59,595 bases of DNA from Terrimicrobiaceae bacterium (lineage in GTDB: Bacteria; Verrucomicrobiota; Verrucomicrobiia; Chthoniobacterales; Terrimicrobiaceae), in NCBI GenBank assembly GCA_041752695.1, contig JBGSVZ010000123.1, positions 1-59,595 on the forward strand, read 5' to 3'. This document shows, one piece after another, positions 19,576 to 27,931 of the stretch; within the stretch, counting starts at the first letter, position 1; every line of letters starts with the position of its first letter. A program made the translations under genes and the position numbers. Below the pieces are notes generated by a model. It had not been told where the DNA came from. It ran no database searches and was given only the letters and a program-made list of their open reading frames with translations.

Positions 19576-19821
19576 CTATATCAAACAATTGATGTTCTGG
19601 CAAATCGGACTTTTTGGGAAAAATCGGGTCGTTTCGAGCGCGGCATCAACCTGACCGGCATCCATCACCGAGCCTGGAAAAAAATCCTTCCCGCCTTCGG
19701 GATTTTGCACGTCGATCGATTGGACCGAAAACCGGGAATGCAGCACGCGGACCAAGTGCTGGCCGAGAAATTCGCCGCCTCCGGTGACGAGGATGCGCGA
19801 ATCCGAGGAAAGGGGAGGCAT
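19576..19821 (-). pseudogene. N-terminal remnant of an NAD-dependent epimerase/dehydratase (extended SDR)
   Basis: 'RILVTGGGEFLGQHLVRVL...IDV...GSVMDAGQVDAAL' is a Rossmann beta-alpha-beta with a damaged GxxGxxG. Similarity ends after about 60 aa. Confidence 0.6.
19580..19593. promoter_or_regulatory. Operator palindrome ATCAAACAATTGAT upstream of GH3
   Basis: Separated by 12 bp from the GH3 ATG (19567, minus strand); matches the consensus. Confidence 0.72.
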
Positions 19822-19844
19822 GGGAAAATTTTTCTCAGGGGGAA

Positions 19845-19881
19845 TTGACATCGTCAAGTATCACATCAAACATTTGATGTG
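19845..19881 (+). promoter_or_regulatory. -35 TTGACA (19845-19850) plus extended operator cacATCAAACATTTGATgtg (19862-19881)
   Basis: 20-bp near-perfect palindrome with core at 19865-19878; same -35-to-operator offset as the 9963 and 20353 promoters. Confidence 0.78.
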
Positions 19882-19921
19882 CTTTTTCCCTTCCTTGTGA
19901 TGTGTTTGATTTTCGCCATGC

Positions 19922-20323
19922 CGAATTTCGCCCGAAGGGACGTTTCCTCCCCTGGGCCGGTCACTCACCTATCGGTTTGGCGTCATGCAGACGCTTTCTC
20001 AGATGGCGCTGCTGCATCACCTGCCGGAGCACGTTCATCCGTCCCAGGTTCGCGAGGCGCTCGGCGCAGTGCTGCGCCGGTTCCTGGAATCCCCTCTCAC
20101 TTTTGATCCTCAGGGGTGGTTGCGGATCGGGTTCATCGGATCTCAGCCGGGTCTTGCCGAACCCTACATTTCCACGGGAAGCCTCTATCTTTTTGCGACG
20201 GGCTTTCTGCCGCTGGGCCTGCCTGCTTCCGATCGCTTCTGGGCGGATCCCCCGCTGCCCTGGACGGCCCTCAAGGCCTGGCAGGGTCTCGATACGCCGA
20301 TAGACCATGCCTTTTCCGCCTGA
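19922..20323 (+). pseudogene. 5'-truncated DUF2264 (GH154-like) protein remnant
   Basis: The frame upstream of the listed ORF reads RISPEGTFPPLGRSLTYRFGVMQTLSQMAL...GWLRIG..GSQP.LAEPYISTGSLYL...FLPLGLP..DRFW...DH, the DUF2264 C-terminal signature. An in-frame stop lies at 19907-19909 and there is no N-terminal part. Confidence 0.75.
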
Positions 20324-20352
20324 TCCGGGTGGACAAATGTGCCCGGGCGGCA

Positions 20353-20386
20353 TTGACAGTGCGGGAGAAACAATCAAAGCTGTGAT
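20353..20386 (+). promoter_or_regulatory. -35 TTGACA (20353-20358) plus operator ATCAAAGCTGTGAT (20373-20386)
   Basis: Upstream of the CE4 paralogue 2 / lyase operon; matches the consensus. Confidence 0.75.
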
Positions 20387-20412
20387 ATTGATACTCAACC
20401 CCCTTTATTTCC

Positions 20413-21756
20413 ATGGTCTTTTCCTCCCGTCTCCGTTGGTTTTTGGTGCTTCCGGTCCTTGGCGGAGTATCCCAATTGTGCGCCGGGGAAACCAACCGGT
20501 TTAATCTTTCCGACAAGCCGGCCAAGCCGCGTTTTGAAGTCACGGACAAAAAATGGCCGTCCAAAATTGGCGAGGCGGACCTCTGCCTGTGGCACGACGA
20601 CAAGCTGGCCGCGCTGAGTCTGGGGGTGGACGACAATTTTCCGGGCGAGATTGATTGGTGGAAAGGGCAGGCCGCGCTCTATGACTTCAAGGTGACTTGG
20701 TTTGTCATCACGGGCCGCATTGTGAAGGAAGGGCGCAGCAATGGCGGACTTTGGTCACAGTTCCAAGAGCTGGAAGCCCTCGGGCATGGGGTGGAATCCC
20801 ACACGGTGACGCACCTTCACGTGGTCGACCCAGGCTGGGGAACACCGGAATGGAGTTATGAAAAGGCCCAGGCCGCAGCGGGGACGGCCATGAAGGAAAA
20901 GAGGGCGGCAGCCATCCTGGCTGGGTCCGTTGACCTGAAGAAAAAGGAGGAGGCTCCGGCGGCTGCACCGGAGGGCGAACCGATGGATGGGGCTCCATCC
21001 CCCCGCGCGTCGAAGGAGGATCTGGCCGCGGCCCGTCTGGCGGCGGCGGACAAACCGGCAACTGACCCCGCGACGGGCGTGGATTGGGAGTACGCGCAGT
21101 CGATCGTGCAGATCGAAAACAACATTCCCGGAAAAAAAGTCTCCGCCCTGGCTTACCCGGGGGGAAAAAACACCGTCTACAATCACCGTGCCATCGCGGC
21201 CAAACATTTCCGCGTGGCCCGGGGAGCGACCGGGGCGCCCAACATGGCCGGCCAAACGGACTATATGTCCACCAATGCCCTGAGCGGCTGGGACTTTGAG
21301 TCGTCTCAGGGAGGTAATCCGAACAATATCCTTGATCCTAATCTTTACCGAGGCCGCTATTATCGGGGTTGGGTCATTCTTTTTGCCCATGGCGTCAGGG
21401 CCAATCCCGCGCTTTTTGCCAGGACGTTCGAGTTTATCAAGGAGAACCGGGAGAAACTATGGGTGGGACTTTATGCCGACGTGGCGAAATACGGCCAGGA
21501 ACGGGACACGGCCACTCTCAAGGTGGATTCTGTCGGACCCGAAAAAATCACATTCCAGCTCACGGACGAAATGGACGACAGCTATTTTCATTTTCCGCTG
21601 ACAGTCAAAGTGCGCATTCCCAACGAATGGAAGTCTGTCCAGGCTATGCAGGGAGGGAAACCTGTCGGCGCCAAGGTGCTTGAGCACGAAGGCGCCGCCT
21701 TCGCGCTGGTTCAGTCCGTGCCGGACGCCGGATTGGTGACACTAACTTCGAGATAA
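20413..21756 (+). CDS. Secreted CE4/NodB-like polysaccharide deacetylase, paralogue 2 (with low-complexity insertion)
   Basis: 'LGVDDN', 'TWFVIT', 'ESHTVTH', 'LAYPGG', 'YRGWVILFAHG', 'YGQERDTA', 'FPLTVKVRIP'. Confidence 0.82.
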   Translation: MVFSSRLRWFLVLPVLGGVSQLCAGETNRFNLSDKPAKPRFEVTDKKWPSKIGEADLCLWHDDKLAALSLGVDDNFPGEIDWWKGQAALYDFKVTWFVITGRIVKEGRSNGGLWSQFQELEALGHGVESHTVTHLHVVDPGWGTPEWSYEKAQAAAGTAMKEKRAAAILAGSVDLKKKEEAPAAAPEGEPMDGAPSPRASKEDLAAARLAAADKPATDPATGVDWEYAQSIVQIENNIPGKKVSALAYPGGKNTVYNHRAIAAKHFRVARGATGAPNMAGQTDYMSTNALSGWDFESSQGGNPNNILDPNLYRGRYYRGWVILFAHGVRANPALFARTFEFIKENREKLWVGLYADVAKYGQERDTATLKVDSVGPEKITFQLTDEMDDSYFHFPLTVKVRIPNEWKSVQAMQGGKPVGAKVLEHEGAAFALVQSVPDAGLVTLTSR

Positions 21757-21763
21757 ATCTTCC

Positions 21764-24529
21764 ATGAAACTTTCCGTGAAAACGGCGCTGCTTTGCTTGC
21801 TGTATGCGCTGCCCGCTGTCCATGCCGAACCCCTCCCCGATTTCAAGTCCTGGACGATTGACGGCGCGGTGGAACTGGACGCCTCCAAGCCCGGACCTGA
21901 TGGAAAACCTTCGATCAAGGTTGTACCCAAGAGCCGGGCAACCCTCAAGCTGCGCGATGTAGACGGGTCTGGGAAGGTGAGTTTTTTGGTCTATGATGAT
22001 GGCGCGGTGGCGAGTCCAGACAAGGTGAAGTCGGTCGGTCCGCGCTGGGGCACTTCGGAATCCAACGGACGCATTCTGGTTGGCGCGATCATGTATGCAA
22101 AGTATCTCCAGCCGGAGGGCTCATATTGCCTGATCGAAACGGATCCGAAGGAAAAGAGCCCCTGGCTGGTGGTGAAGTTTCTCAGTCCGCGCGGACAGCC
22201 CGGCTGGAAAAAGTGGGAGTTCGATTTCCAGCCGGAAACCGGTCTTGTGGTTTCGGTGGAGGGCAAACCGGTTCCGCAGAAAAACTTCGATTGGAATACC
22301 TCAAAAGTCACGGGCTTCAGCGGCCTCATTCTCTATGGAGACGACAGTCCCTCTGCCACCGCACAGACCATTTGGATCGCCGGAATCGAGGTGGAACAAG
22401 GTCCACCGATGCAGGTCAAGCCGGGTTCGCTTCCGACGCCCACTCCCCCGCCTCCCCCTCAGGCCAAGGGCCCGGCTCCCGAGGAGGAAACGGAAAAGTC
22501 CGGCGAGCCGCCGGTTCTGGCCAGGATGGAAGGATTCGTGCCCAAGCCGACTCTGCTCGAAGACCTGAAGAATCTGAACGTGCCGCTGGTTGAGGGGTAT
22601 GCCTCCGGGCACCCGCGGCTGCTCTTTTTTGCCAGGGACAAGGAGGATCTGCTGAAGCGCGCCACCGAGCGTCCGGATCTTTGGAATGCGGTGCTGGCCA
22701 GTGCCCAGGGGGTGAAAAGTCCTGACGGCATGCCCTCGCCCGAAGTCATCCGGAGTGGTTCCAAATACTGGCGGATCGAGAGGGTGCAGTCGGCCGCGCT
22801 GGCATGGTTTGTCACGGGCGAGAAAGCCTTTGCGGAGGGCGCCATCCGCTGGATGGTGGCGCACAGCAAGGAGCCGGTCTGGGGAGACAAATACCGGCCC
22901 AACCTGGACTTGGTCGCTTCCTGGTACCTTTATCATATCGCCGTCGGCTATGACATTCTCAAGGATCAGATGACCGAGGAGGATCGGAAGATCGTTCGTG
23001 ACGGCCTCACCGAGCATGCCCGCCTGATCTACTTGGGTTTCGATCCTCACGACACCAAGGACAAGGTCCGGTACGACCAGAACCATACTTATATTCCCAC
23101 CATCGCCCTGGCGTCCGCCGCGCTCGCACTGCTGGAGGATGTGCCGGAGGCAAAACACTGGCTCACCCGCAGTTACGCCGTGCTGCGCCGCAGCCGCTAT
23201 GTCCTGAGTGAGGATGGCTATTATTATGAAGGTGTTGGCTACTGGACGTACGCATTAAACTGGCACGCGCGAGGCGCGGAGTTGCTGGCTCGCGCCACCG
23301 GGGAGAAGCTCTTCGACCTGCCGGCCTTGAAGAACACCTGGCTTTTCGGTCTGCACATGAACCTCCCCGGCACCCCGGGCTTCTTTGGCGTGGGGGATAT
23401 CTTCTCCTGGAAGGACGGCAAGCTTAGTGAAAAAGCGGGGATCACCAATTATTCCATGCTCTGGGAAATCGCGTCCCAGACGGGTTCGGGTCAGAGCCGG
23501 GCCGTGGGGGATATCTTTCATGCTCTCAAACCGGAAAGGGATTATCCGGCGACCGCTTTTCTCTGGTTTAACCCCAAGGTCGAGCCGGCGGACATCGGCA
23601 AGCTGGAGCCCTATCATTATTTCCCCGATCACGATGTGGTGGCCTGGCGTTCGGGTTGGGATGCCGAAGCGACCTGCTATCTTTTCCGCTGCGGTCCCCC
23701 ACTGGGGCACTCGGCGACGGCGAAGCTGGGACAGTTCAAGGACTGGATCATGAATTGCGGCCACGTGCATCCGGACATCGGCGGGTTTTGGATGTTTGCC
23801 AAGGGCACCTATCTGGCGGTGGATACGGGATACACCGCCGAGAAATGGACGAAGGATCATAATACTCTGCTGGTTGACGAAAAAGGGCAGGGCGTTGACG
23901 GCGCTTATCACAATGAGCGCGGGGTGCCTTATGAAAATTTCGACAAGGCCCGCATTACGAGCCAGTTTTTATGTCCCGAATATGGATTTGCGCGCGGCGA
24001 GTTCGGTAGTGTTTACGCCCGACAGGTCAAGGATGTGCAGCTTAGTCGCGCCCTCCTGATGACCAAAAGATGGATGTTGGTGGTCGATGACATGAAGACA
24101 CCCGAACCGCGCAGCCTGACCTGGCTTTGCCACTCGGTCTCGGAGTTCCAGCCGGACGGAAACGCCTTTGTTTCCCGTCAGCCGTCCGCGTCCCTGGCGG
24201 TGTTCCCGCTTGCTCCTGCGGACATTCAGGCCAAACCCGAGCCGACCCTTGTCGTGGCTGGCATGGCGCCCGGGAAAGGAACGCCGACGCAACATGGGCA
24301 TAAGCTGGCCCTGCGGTCGAAGGAACCCGCTGTGGAAACGCGCTTCATCAACCTGCTCGTCCCGCTTTCCCCCGAGGAAAAGCTTCCCTCGATTGGCGGA
24401 CTGAAGGCCGAGGGAAACGGGATTTCCTTCCAGATCACATGGGCGGACGGAAAGGTCGAAGCTGTGACCGTGGACCTGGATTGGAAAACGGGCTCGGAAA
24501 AAGGTCCTGCCCAGATCGCGATGAAGTGA
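21764..24529 (+). CDS. Secreted heparinase II/III-like polysaccharide lyase (DUF4962 + Hepar_II_III) with extra N-terminal beta domain
   Basis: Signal peptide; Pro-rich linker; 'HPRLLF', 'QNH', 'DGYYYEGVGYWTY', 'WRSGW', 'GHVHPD', 'DTGY', 'HNTLLVD'. Confidence 0.85.
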   Translation: MKLSVKTALLCLLYALPAVHAEPLPDFKSWTIDGAVELDASKPGPDGKPSIKVVPKSRATLKLRDVDGSGKVSFLVYDDGAVASPDKVKSVGPRWGTSESNGRILVGAIMYAKYLQPEGSYCLIETDPKEKSPWLVVKFLSPRGQPGWKKWEFDFQPETGLVVSVEGKPVPQKNFDWNTSKVTGFSGLILYGDDSPSATAQTIWIAGIEVEQGPPMQVKPGSLPTPTPPPPPQAKGPAPEEETEKSGEPPVLARMEGFVPKPTLLEDLKNLNVPLVEGYASGHPRLLFFARDKEDLLKRATERPDLWNAVLASAQGVKSPDGMPSPEVIRSGSKYWRIERVQSAALAWFVTGEKAFAEGAIRWMVAHSKEPVWGDKYRPNLDLVASWYLYHIAVGYDILKDQMTEEDRKIVRDGLTEHARLIYLGFDPHDTKDKVRYDQNHTYIPTIALASAALALLEDVPEAKHWLTRSYAVLRRSRYVLSEDGYYYEGVGYWTYALNWHARGAELLARATGEKLFDLPALKNTWLFGLHMNLPGTPGFFGVGDIFSWKDGKLSEKAGITNYSMLWEIASQTGSGQSRAVGDIFHALKPERDYPATAFLWFNPKVEPADIGKLEPYHYFPDHDVVAWRSGWDAEATCYLFRCGPPLGHSATAKLGQFKDWIMNCGHVHPDIGGFWMFAKGTYLAVDTGYTAEKWTKDHNTLLVDEKGQGVDGAYHNERGVPYENFDKARITSQFLCPEYGFARGEFGSVYARQVKDVQLSRALLMTKRWMLVVDDMKTPEPRSLTWLCHSVSEFQPDGNAFVSRQPSASLAVFPLAPADIQAKPEPTLVVAGMAPGKGTPTQHGHKLALRSKEPAVETRFINLLVPLSPEEKLPSIGGLKAEGNGISFQITWADGKVEAVTVDLDWKTGSEKGPAQIAMK

Positions 24530-24671
24530 AACGTCTTCTCTGGTCCCGTGCCATTTTGATTTTCGCCGGGTCCTCCGCTTCGGGGCGAATCCGCCCGATT
24601 TTGAGGGAGTCGAGCGATTCTGATCCCAGGGGAGACGAGGCCCCGGATTTCTCCCTTGAACCGTTTTCCGC

Positions 24672-25517
24672 TCAACCCGATGCGCCGTCGGTCTTTGGGT
24701 AGCTCCCGAGAATTTTCACCGCGCGGCAGCGTTTCGACAGTTCGCGGAAGAGGTCGGCGATCTGGAGATCTTTCGTATGACCGGCGGCTTCGACGAAAAA
24801 GAAAATGTCCTGGCTGCCCTTGGAGGCGGGGCGGCTGGCGAAATGGCTTAGATTGATGGCGAGGGTTTTGAACGGCTCGAGAGCAGAAACCAACGCGCCG
24901 GGTTTGTCCTCGATGCGCAGCATGAGCATGGTTTTGTCGTTGCCGGACGGGGCGTTGCTGGTGCGGCCCAGAACAAAAAACCGGGAGGGTTCGATGTCGC
25001 CGCCGCTGCCATCGGCGCGGAGGTAAATTTCCGCGCAGATCGAGAGGTCGGTTTCGGCGAGCTGGTCGAGGGTGTTGTTGGCCAGACCATGCTCGGGATC
25101 ATTGATGGGGACCACTCCGCAGTCGGCCTCGTCGCGTTTCACTTCGCGAAGAACGTCCTCCGCGCCGGAAAGAAACATGTACCGTACGCTGGAGCCGAAC
25201 TTGCTTTTGGCGGCCTGGTGCGAGAGCGACCCGGAGGGTCCGAGACAGGCAATGGCGATATTTTTCTCCAGGGCCAGCGAGGCGGACATGATCTCGCGGT
25301 AGATGGCGCGAATGGCCTCCGGGGTGAGCGGTCCGACGCTGCGTTCGACGAGACCTCGCAGCACACGGTCTTCCCGTTCAGGAGAATAAATCGGGAGGCC
25401 ATCGCGGCTTTTGATCGTCCCGATTTCCTGAGCGACGCCGGCGCGCTCGTTCATCAGCCGGAGAAGTTCGGTGTCGATGGCGTCAATTTTTTGACGCAGG
25501 GTGGCAAGGTCGCTCAT
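24672..25517 (-). CDS. pheA: Chorismate mutase fused to an internally shortened prephenate-dehydratase-like domain and ACT domain
   Basis: CM 'LRQKIDAIDTELLRLMNERA...SPERE...IYREIMSAS', 'LGPSGSLSHQA', 'SRFFVLG', ACT 'DKPGAL...INLSHFASRPA'. Only 281 aa. Confidence 0.8.
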   Translation of the reverse strand: MSDLATLRQKIDAIDTELLRLMNERAGVAQEIGTIKSRDGLPIYSPEREDRVLRGLVERSVGPLTPEAIRAIYREIMSASLALEKNIAIACLGPSGSLSHQAAKSKFGSSVRYMFLSGAEDVLREVKRDEADCGVVPINDPEHGLANNTLDQLAETDLSICAEIYLRADGSGGDIEPSRFFVLGRTSNAPSGNDKTMLMLRIEDKPGALVSALEPFKTLAINLSHFASRPASKGSQDIFFFVEAAGHTKDLQIADLFRELSKRCRAVKILGSYPKTDGASG

Positions 25518-26728
25518 GGGTTCGGAGATGGGAGTTCGGAGATCGAAGATGGGATCGCTTGTTCCGCCGGGGCGGGACTATCGTTATCAGGGTCAGTCGA
25601 AAGTGGAGACTGGGAAGGCTCCTCGGAAATCGGAGATTGAAGATCGGAGATCGGCGTCTCAACGGAGGATTCCGCGGGGTTTTCCGAAGGCGTTTCCTGG
25701 GCCGGTTCTTCAGCTGCTGGAGAGACGTCTGATGGGGTGGGTTCTGCGACCGGCTCGGCAGGCGCGGCTGCGGGCTCTGCCGGCGTCTCGGCCGGGGGAG
25801 GTTCCGCGGTGGGCAGGCTGATCTTGCGCAGTTCGGCGGCGTTGGGGAGGTCGTCGAGGTTTTTCAACCCGAAATGCTCCATGAAATTCTGGGTCGTGTC
25901 GTAGAGCAGCGGGCGGCCGGGAACATCAGCGCGGCCGGCGATTTTGACCAGTCCGCGGTCGAGCAGGGTCTGCATCACGCCGTCCACCGCGACGCCGCGC
26001 ACGGCTTCGATGTCCGCCCGGGTGATGGGCTGACGGTAGGCAATGATCGCGAGGGTCTCCATGGCGGGGGCGCTGAGGCGGGCCGAGCGGTGTTCGGGAA
26101 AAATCTGACGCAACCAGGGCGAATATTGGGGCTTGGTGACGAGTTGCCAGCCAACGGCGCTTTCGCGCACCTCGTAGGCGCGGTCGGGGGACGCACAGGC
26201 GATTTCCAGCACTTCGATGGCTTCGCGCAACTGCGGCTCCTTGATTTTGGCGAAAGCCCGGGCCGGAGCGTCCGGGACGTCCTTCACGGCATCGGCGGCG
26301 CCTTTGAAAACGCTGAGGATCTCCTTGGCGGACATTGGTTTTTGCGAGGCGAACAGAATGGCCTCCACCACCTGGGGCAGCGCGTGGCGGGTGCCCTCTT
26401 CGGCGGGCTCAACCGCTTCCACGGGCTCGGTGAATTCGACAACCTCCTCCGCTGCGATCGAATCGGAAGGGTCGGAATTTTCGCCCAGAAGATCGTCGAT
26501 CGAGATCTCGTCCGGGGCGGGAGTTTCCGTCTCCGGAACGGCGGGCGTTTCTTCGCCGGCGGCCAGCGGTTCTGACGTGGGGGAAGGAGACGTCTCGCGT
26601 TTCGCTTTTTTGCGCGATTTGCGGCCTTTGGCGGGCGGCTCGTCCGGTGGCGTTTCCACGACGGCGGCTTCAACGGGCACGGGCTCGTCCGCTGGCTCTG
26701 CGGTGATGGGTTCCTGCTCCTTGCTCAT
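25514..26728 (-). CDS. scpB: SMC-Scp complex subunit ScpB with long acidic/Pro-rich tails
   Basis: 'VEAILFAS', 'LSAPAMETLAIIAYRQPITRADIEAVRGV', 'GRPLLYDTT..FMEHFGL..L.DLP'. Confidence 0.93.
   Translation of the reverse strand: MSKEQEPITAEPADEPVPVEAAVVETPPDEPPAKGRKSRKKAKRETSPSPTSEPLAAGEETPAVPETETPAPDEISIDDLLGENSDPSDSIAAEEVVEFTEPVEAVEPAEEGTRHALPQVVEAILFASQKPMSAKEILSVFKGAADAVKDVPDAPARAFAKIKEPQLREAIEVLEIACASPDRAYEVRESAVGWQLVTKPQYSPWLRQIFPEHRSARLSAPAMETLAIIAYRQPITRADIEAVRGVAVDGVMQTLLDRGLVKIAGRADVPGRPLLYDTTQNFMEHFGLKNLDDLPNAAELRKISLPTAEPPPAETPAEPAAAPAEPVAEPTPSDVSPAAEEPAQETPSENPAESSVETPISDLQSPISEEPSQSPLSTDPDNDSPAPAEQAIPSSISELPSPNP
25523..25651. repeat. Two short arrays of degenerate 7-bp tandem repeats (consensus CGGAGAT) in the scpB 3' end
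   Basis: 25523-25550: CGGAGAT GGGAGTT CGGAGAT CGAAGAT; 25624-25651: CGGAAAT CGGAGAT TGAAGAT CGGAGAT. Confidence 0.7.
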
Positions 26729-27498
26729 GCCACGATGTCGGCGAATTTGGGTCCGGCGGCCACGGTGGCGGCGTCGGTGCGTTCGATCCAGATTTCCGCG
26801 AAGCTGTTTTCCTGGCGGACACGGATTTGTTTAAGGCGGATAAGTTCCAGCATGGCGAGAAAGGTGACGACGATTTCAGCACGGCTGGCGGCTTCTGCGA
26901 AGCATTCTTCGAAGCGCATCGCAATTCCGCCCGAAGTGACCTTCAGGAGGTAATCGATTTTGTCGCCGACGGTGTGGTTTTCCTCGAAGATCTCCCGCAA
27001 ATCCTCCGGCTTGTTTTTATCCAGCCGCTTGAGGATTTTCTGGAAGGCGTTGATCAGGTCGAAAATCCCAACCTCCTCAACAAGGAGATTGTCGGCGGGG
27101 CCGAGTTCGGGAATCACCGGAAAGCGTGGAAAGAGCTGGTCCTGCATGGCCTCGCGATTGCGGAGAAGCCCGGCGGCTTCCTTGAATTTTTTGTATTCGA
27201 TGAGCTGACGGATCAGCTCCCAGCGGGGATCATCCTCCTCGGCATCCTCCTCGGCCATCTGCTGGTCGCGGGGCAGCAGCATGCGGCTCTTGATGTAGAG
27301 CAGGTTCGCCGCCATGACGATGAATTCCCCGGCGACGTCGATGTTGAGGACCTGGAAGGCCTCCATGTAGCTGAGGTACTGCTTCGTGATCCGCTCGATC
27401 GAAATGTCGTAGATGTCCACCTCATCGCGTTTGATGAGGTAGAGCAACAGGTCGAGCGGGCCCTCGAAGACCTCGAGTTTGACCTTATATTCTTCCAC
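26725..27498 (-). CDS. scpA: Segregation/condensation protein ScpA
   Basis: 'FEGPLDLLLYLI', 'AGEFIVMAANLLYIKSRMLLP', 'DPRWEL...EYKKFK', 'VVTFLAMLEL'. Confidence 0.95.
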   Translation of the reverse strand: MEEYKVKLEVFEGPLDLLLYLIKRDEVDIYDISIERITKQYLSYMEAFQVLNIDVAGEFIVMAANLLYIKSRMLLPRDQQMAEEDAEEDDPRWELIRQLIEYKKFKEAAGLLRNREAMQDQLFPRFPVIPELGPADNLLVEEVGIFDLINAFQKILKRLDKNKPEDLREIFEENHTVGDKIDYLLKVTSGGIAMRFEECFAEAASRAEIVVTFLAMLELIRLKQIRVRQENSFAEIWIERTDAATVAAGPKFADIVA

Positions 27499-27521
27499 CC
27501 TGAATGTCCCGCGGCTTACCC

Positions 27522-27875
27522 CTAGCGGCGCGTGTATCCGCGCTTGCGCCCTTCGCTGGCCAGCTGGGTGAGATGCTTTTTATGGCTGGCCAGTTTGGTT
27601 TTGCGCTTGCGGAGCTGCATGGAAACTTTGTCCACCACCTTGTCGATGGCGGCGTAAAGGTCGTCCTCGGAATCCTCGGCGTGCACGTCGGGGCCGGGGA
27701 CGGCGAGGTGGACCTTGACGGTATGCTTTTTCGTCTTGGTCTCATCATGAAGCAGCACGACGTGTGCGGCCACGATGTTGTCGGCAAGTTGTTCGAGGTG
27801 GGAGACCTTCTCTGCGACATAGCTGTGGATGGCGGCAGTGAGGGTCAGATGTCTCGGGCTGAGGTGGATTTGCAT
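27522..27875 (-). CDS. hpf: Ribosome hibernation factor (HPF/RaiA family)
   Basis: 'RHLTLTAAIHSYVAEK', 'DLYAAIDKVVDKVSMQLRKRK'. Confidence 0.9.
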   Translation of the reverse strand: MQIHLSPRHLTLTAAIHSYVAEKVSHLEQLADNIVAAHVVLLHDETKTKKHTVKVHLAVPGPDVHAEDSEDDLYAAIDKVVDKVSMQLRKRKTKLASHKKHLTQLASEGRKRGYTRR

Positions 27876-27931
27876 AACAGTAAAAATCTACGCCATTTGC
27901 GCAACGGCGCGAGGGAGATGTTGCGGAAAGT

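Noticed and set aside
19897..19910. Extra half-sites (GTTTGAT at 19904-19910; TTTGAT near 28781 and 54075)
   Set aside because: No matching left half, so not counted as operators.
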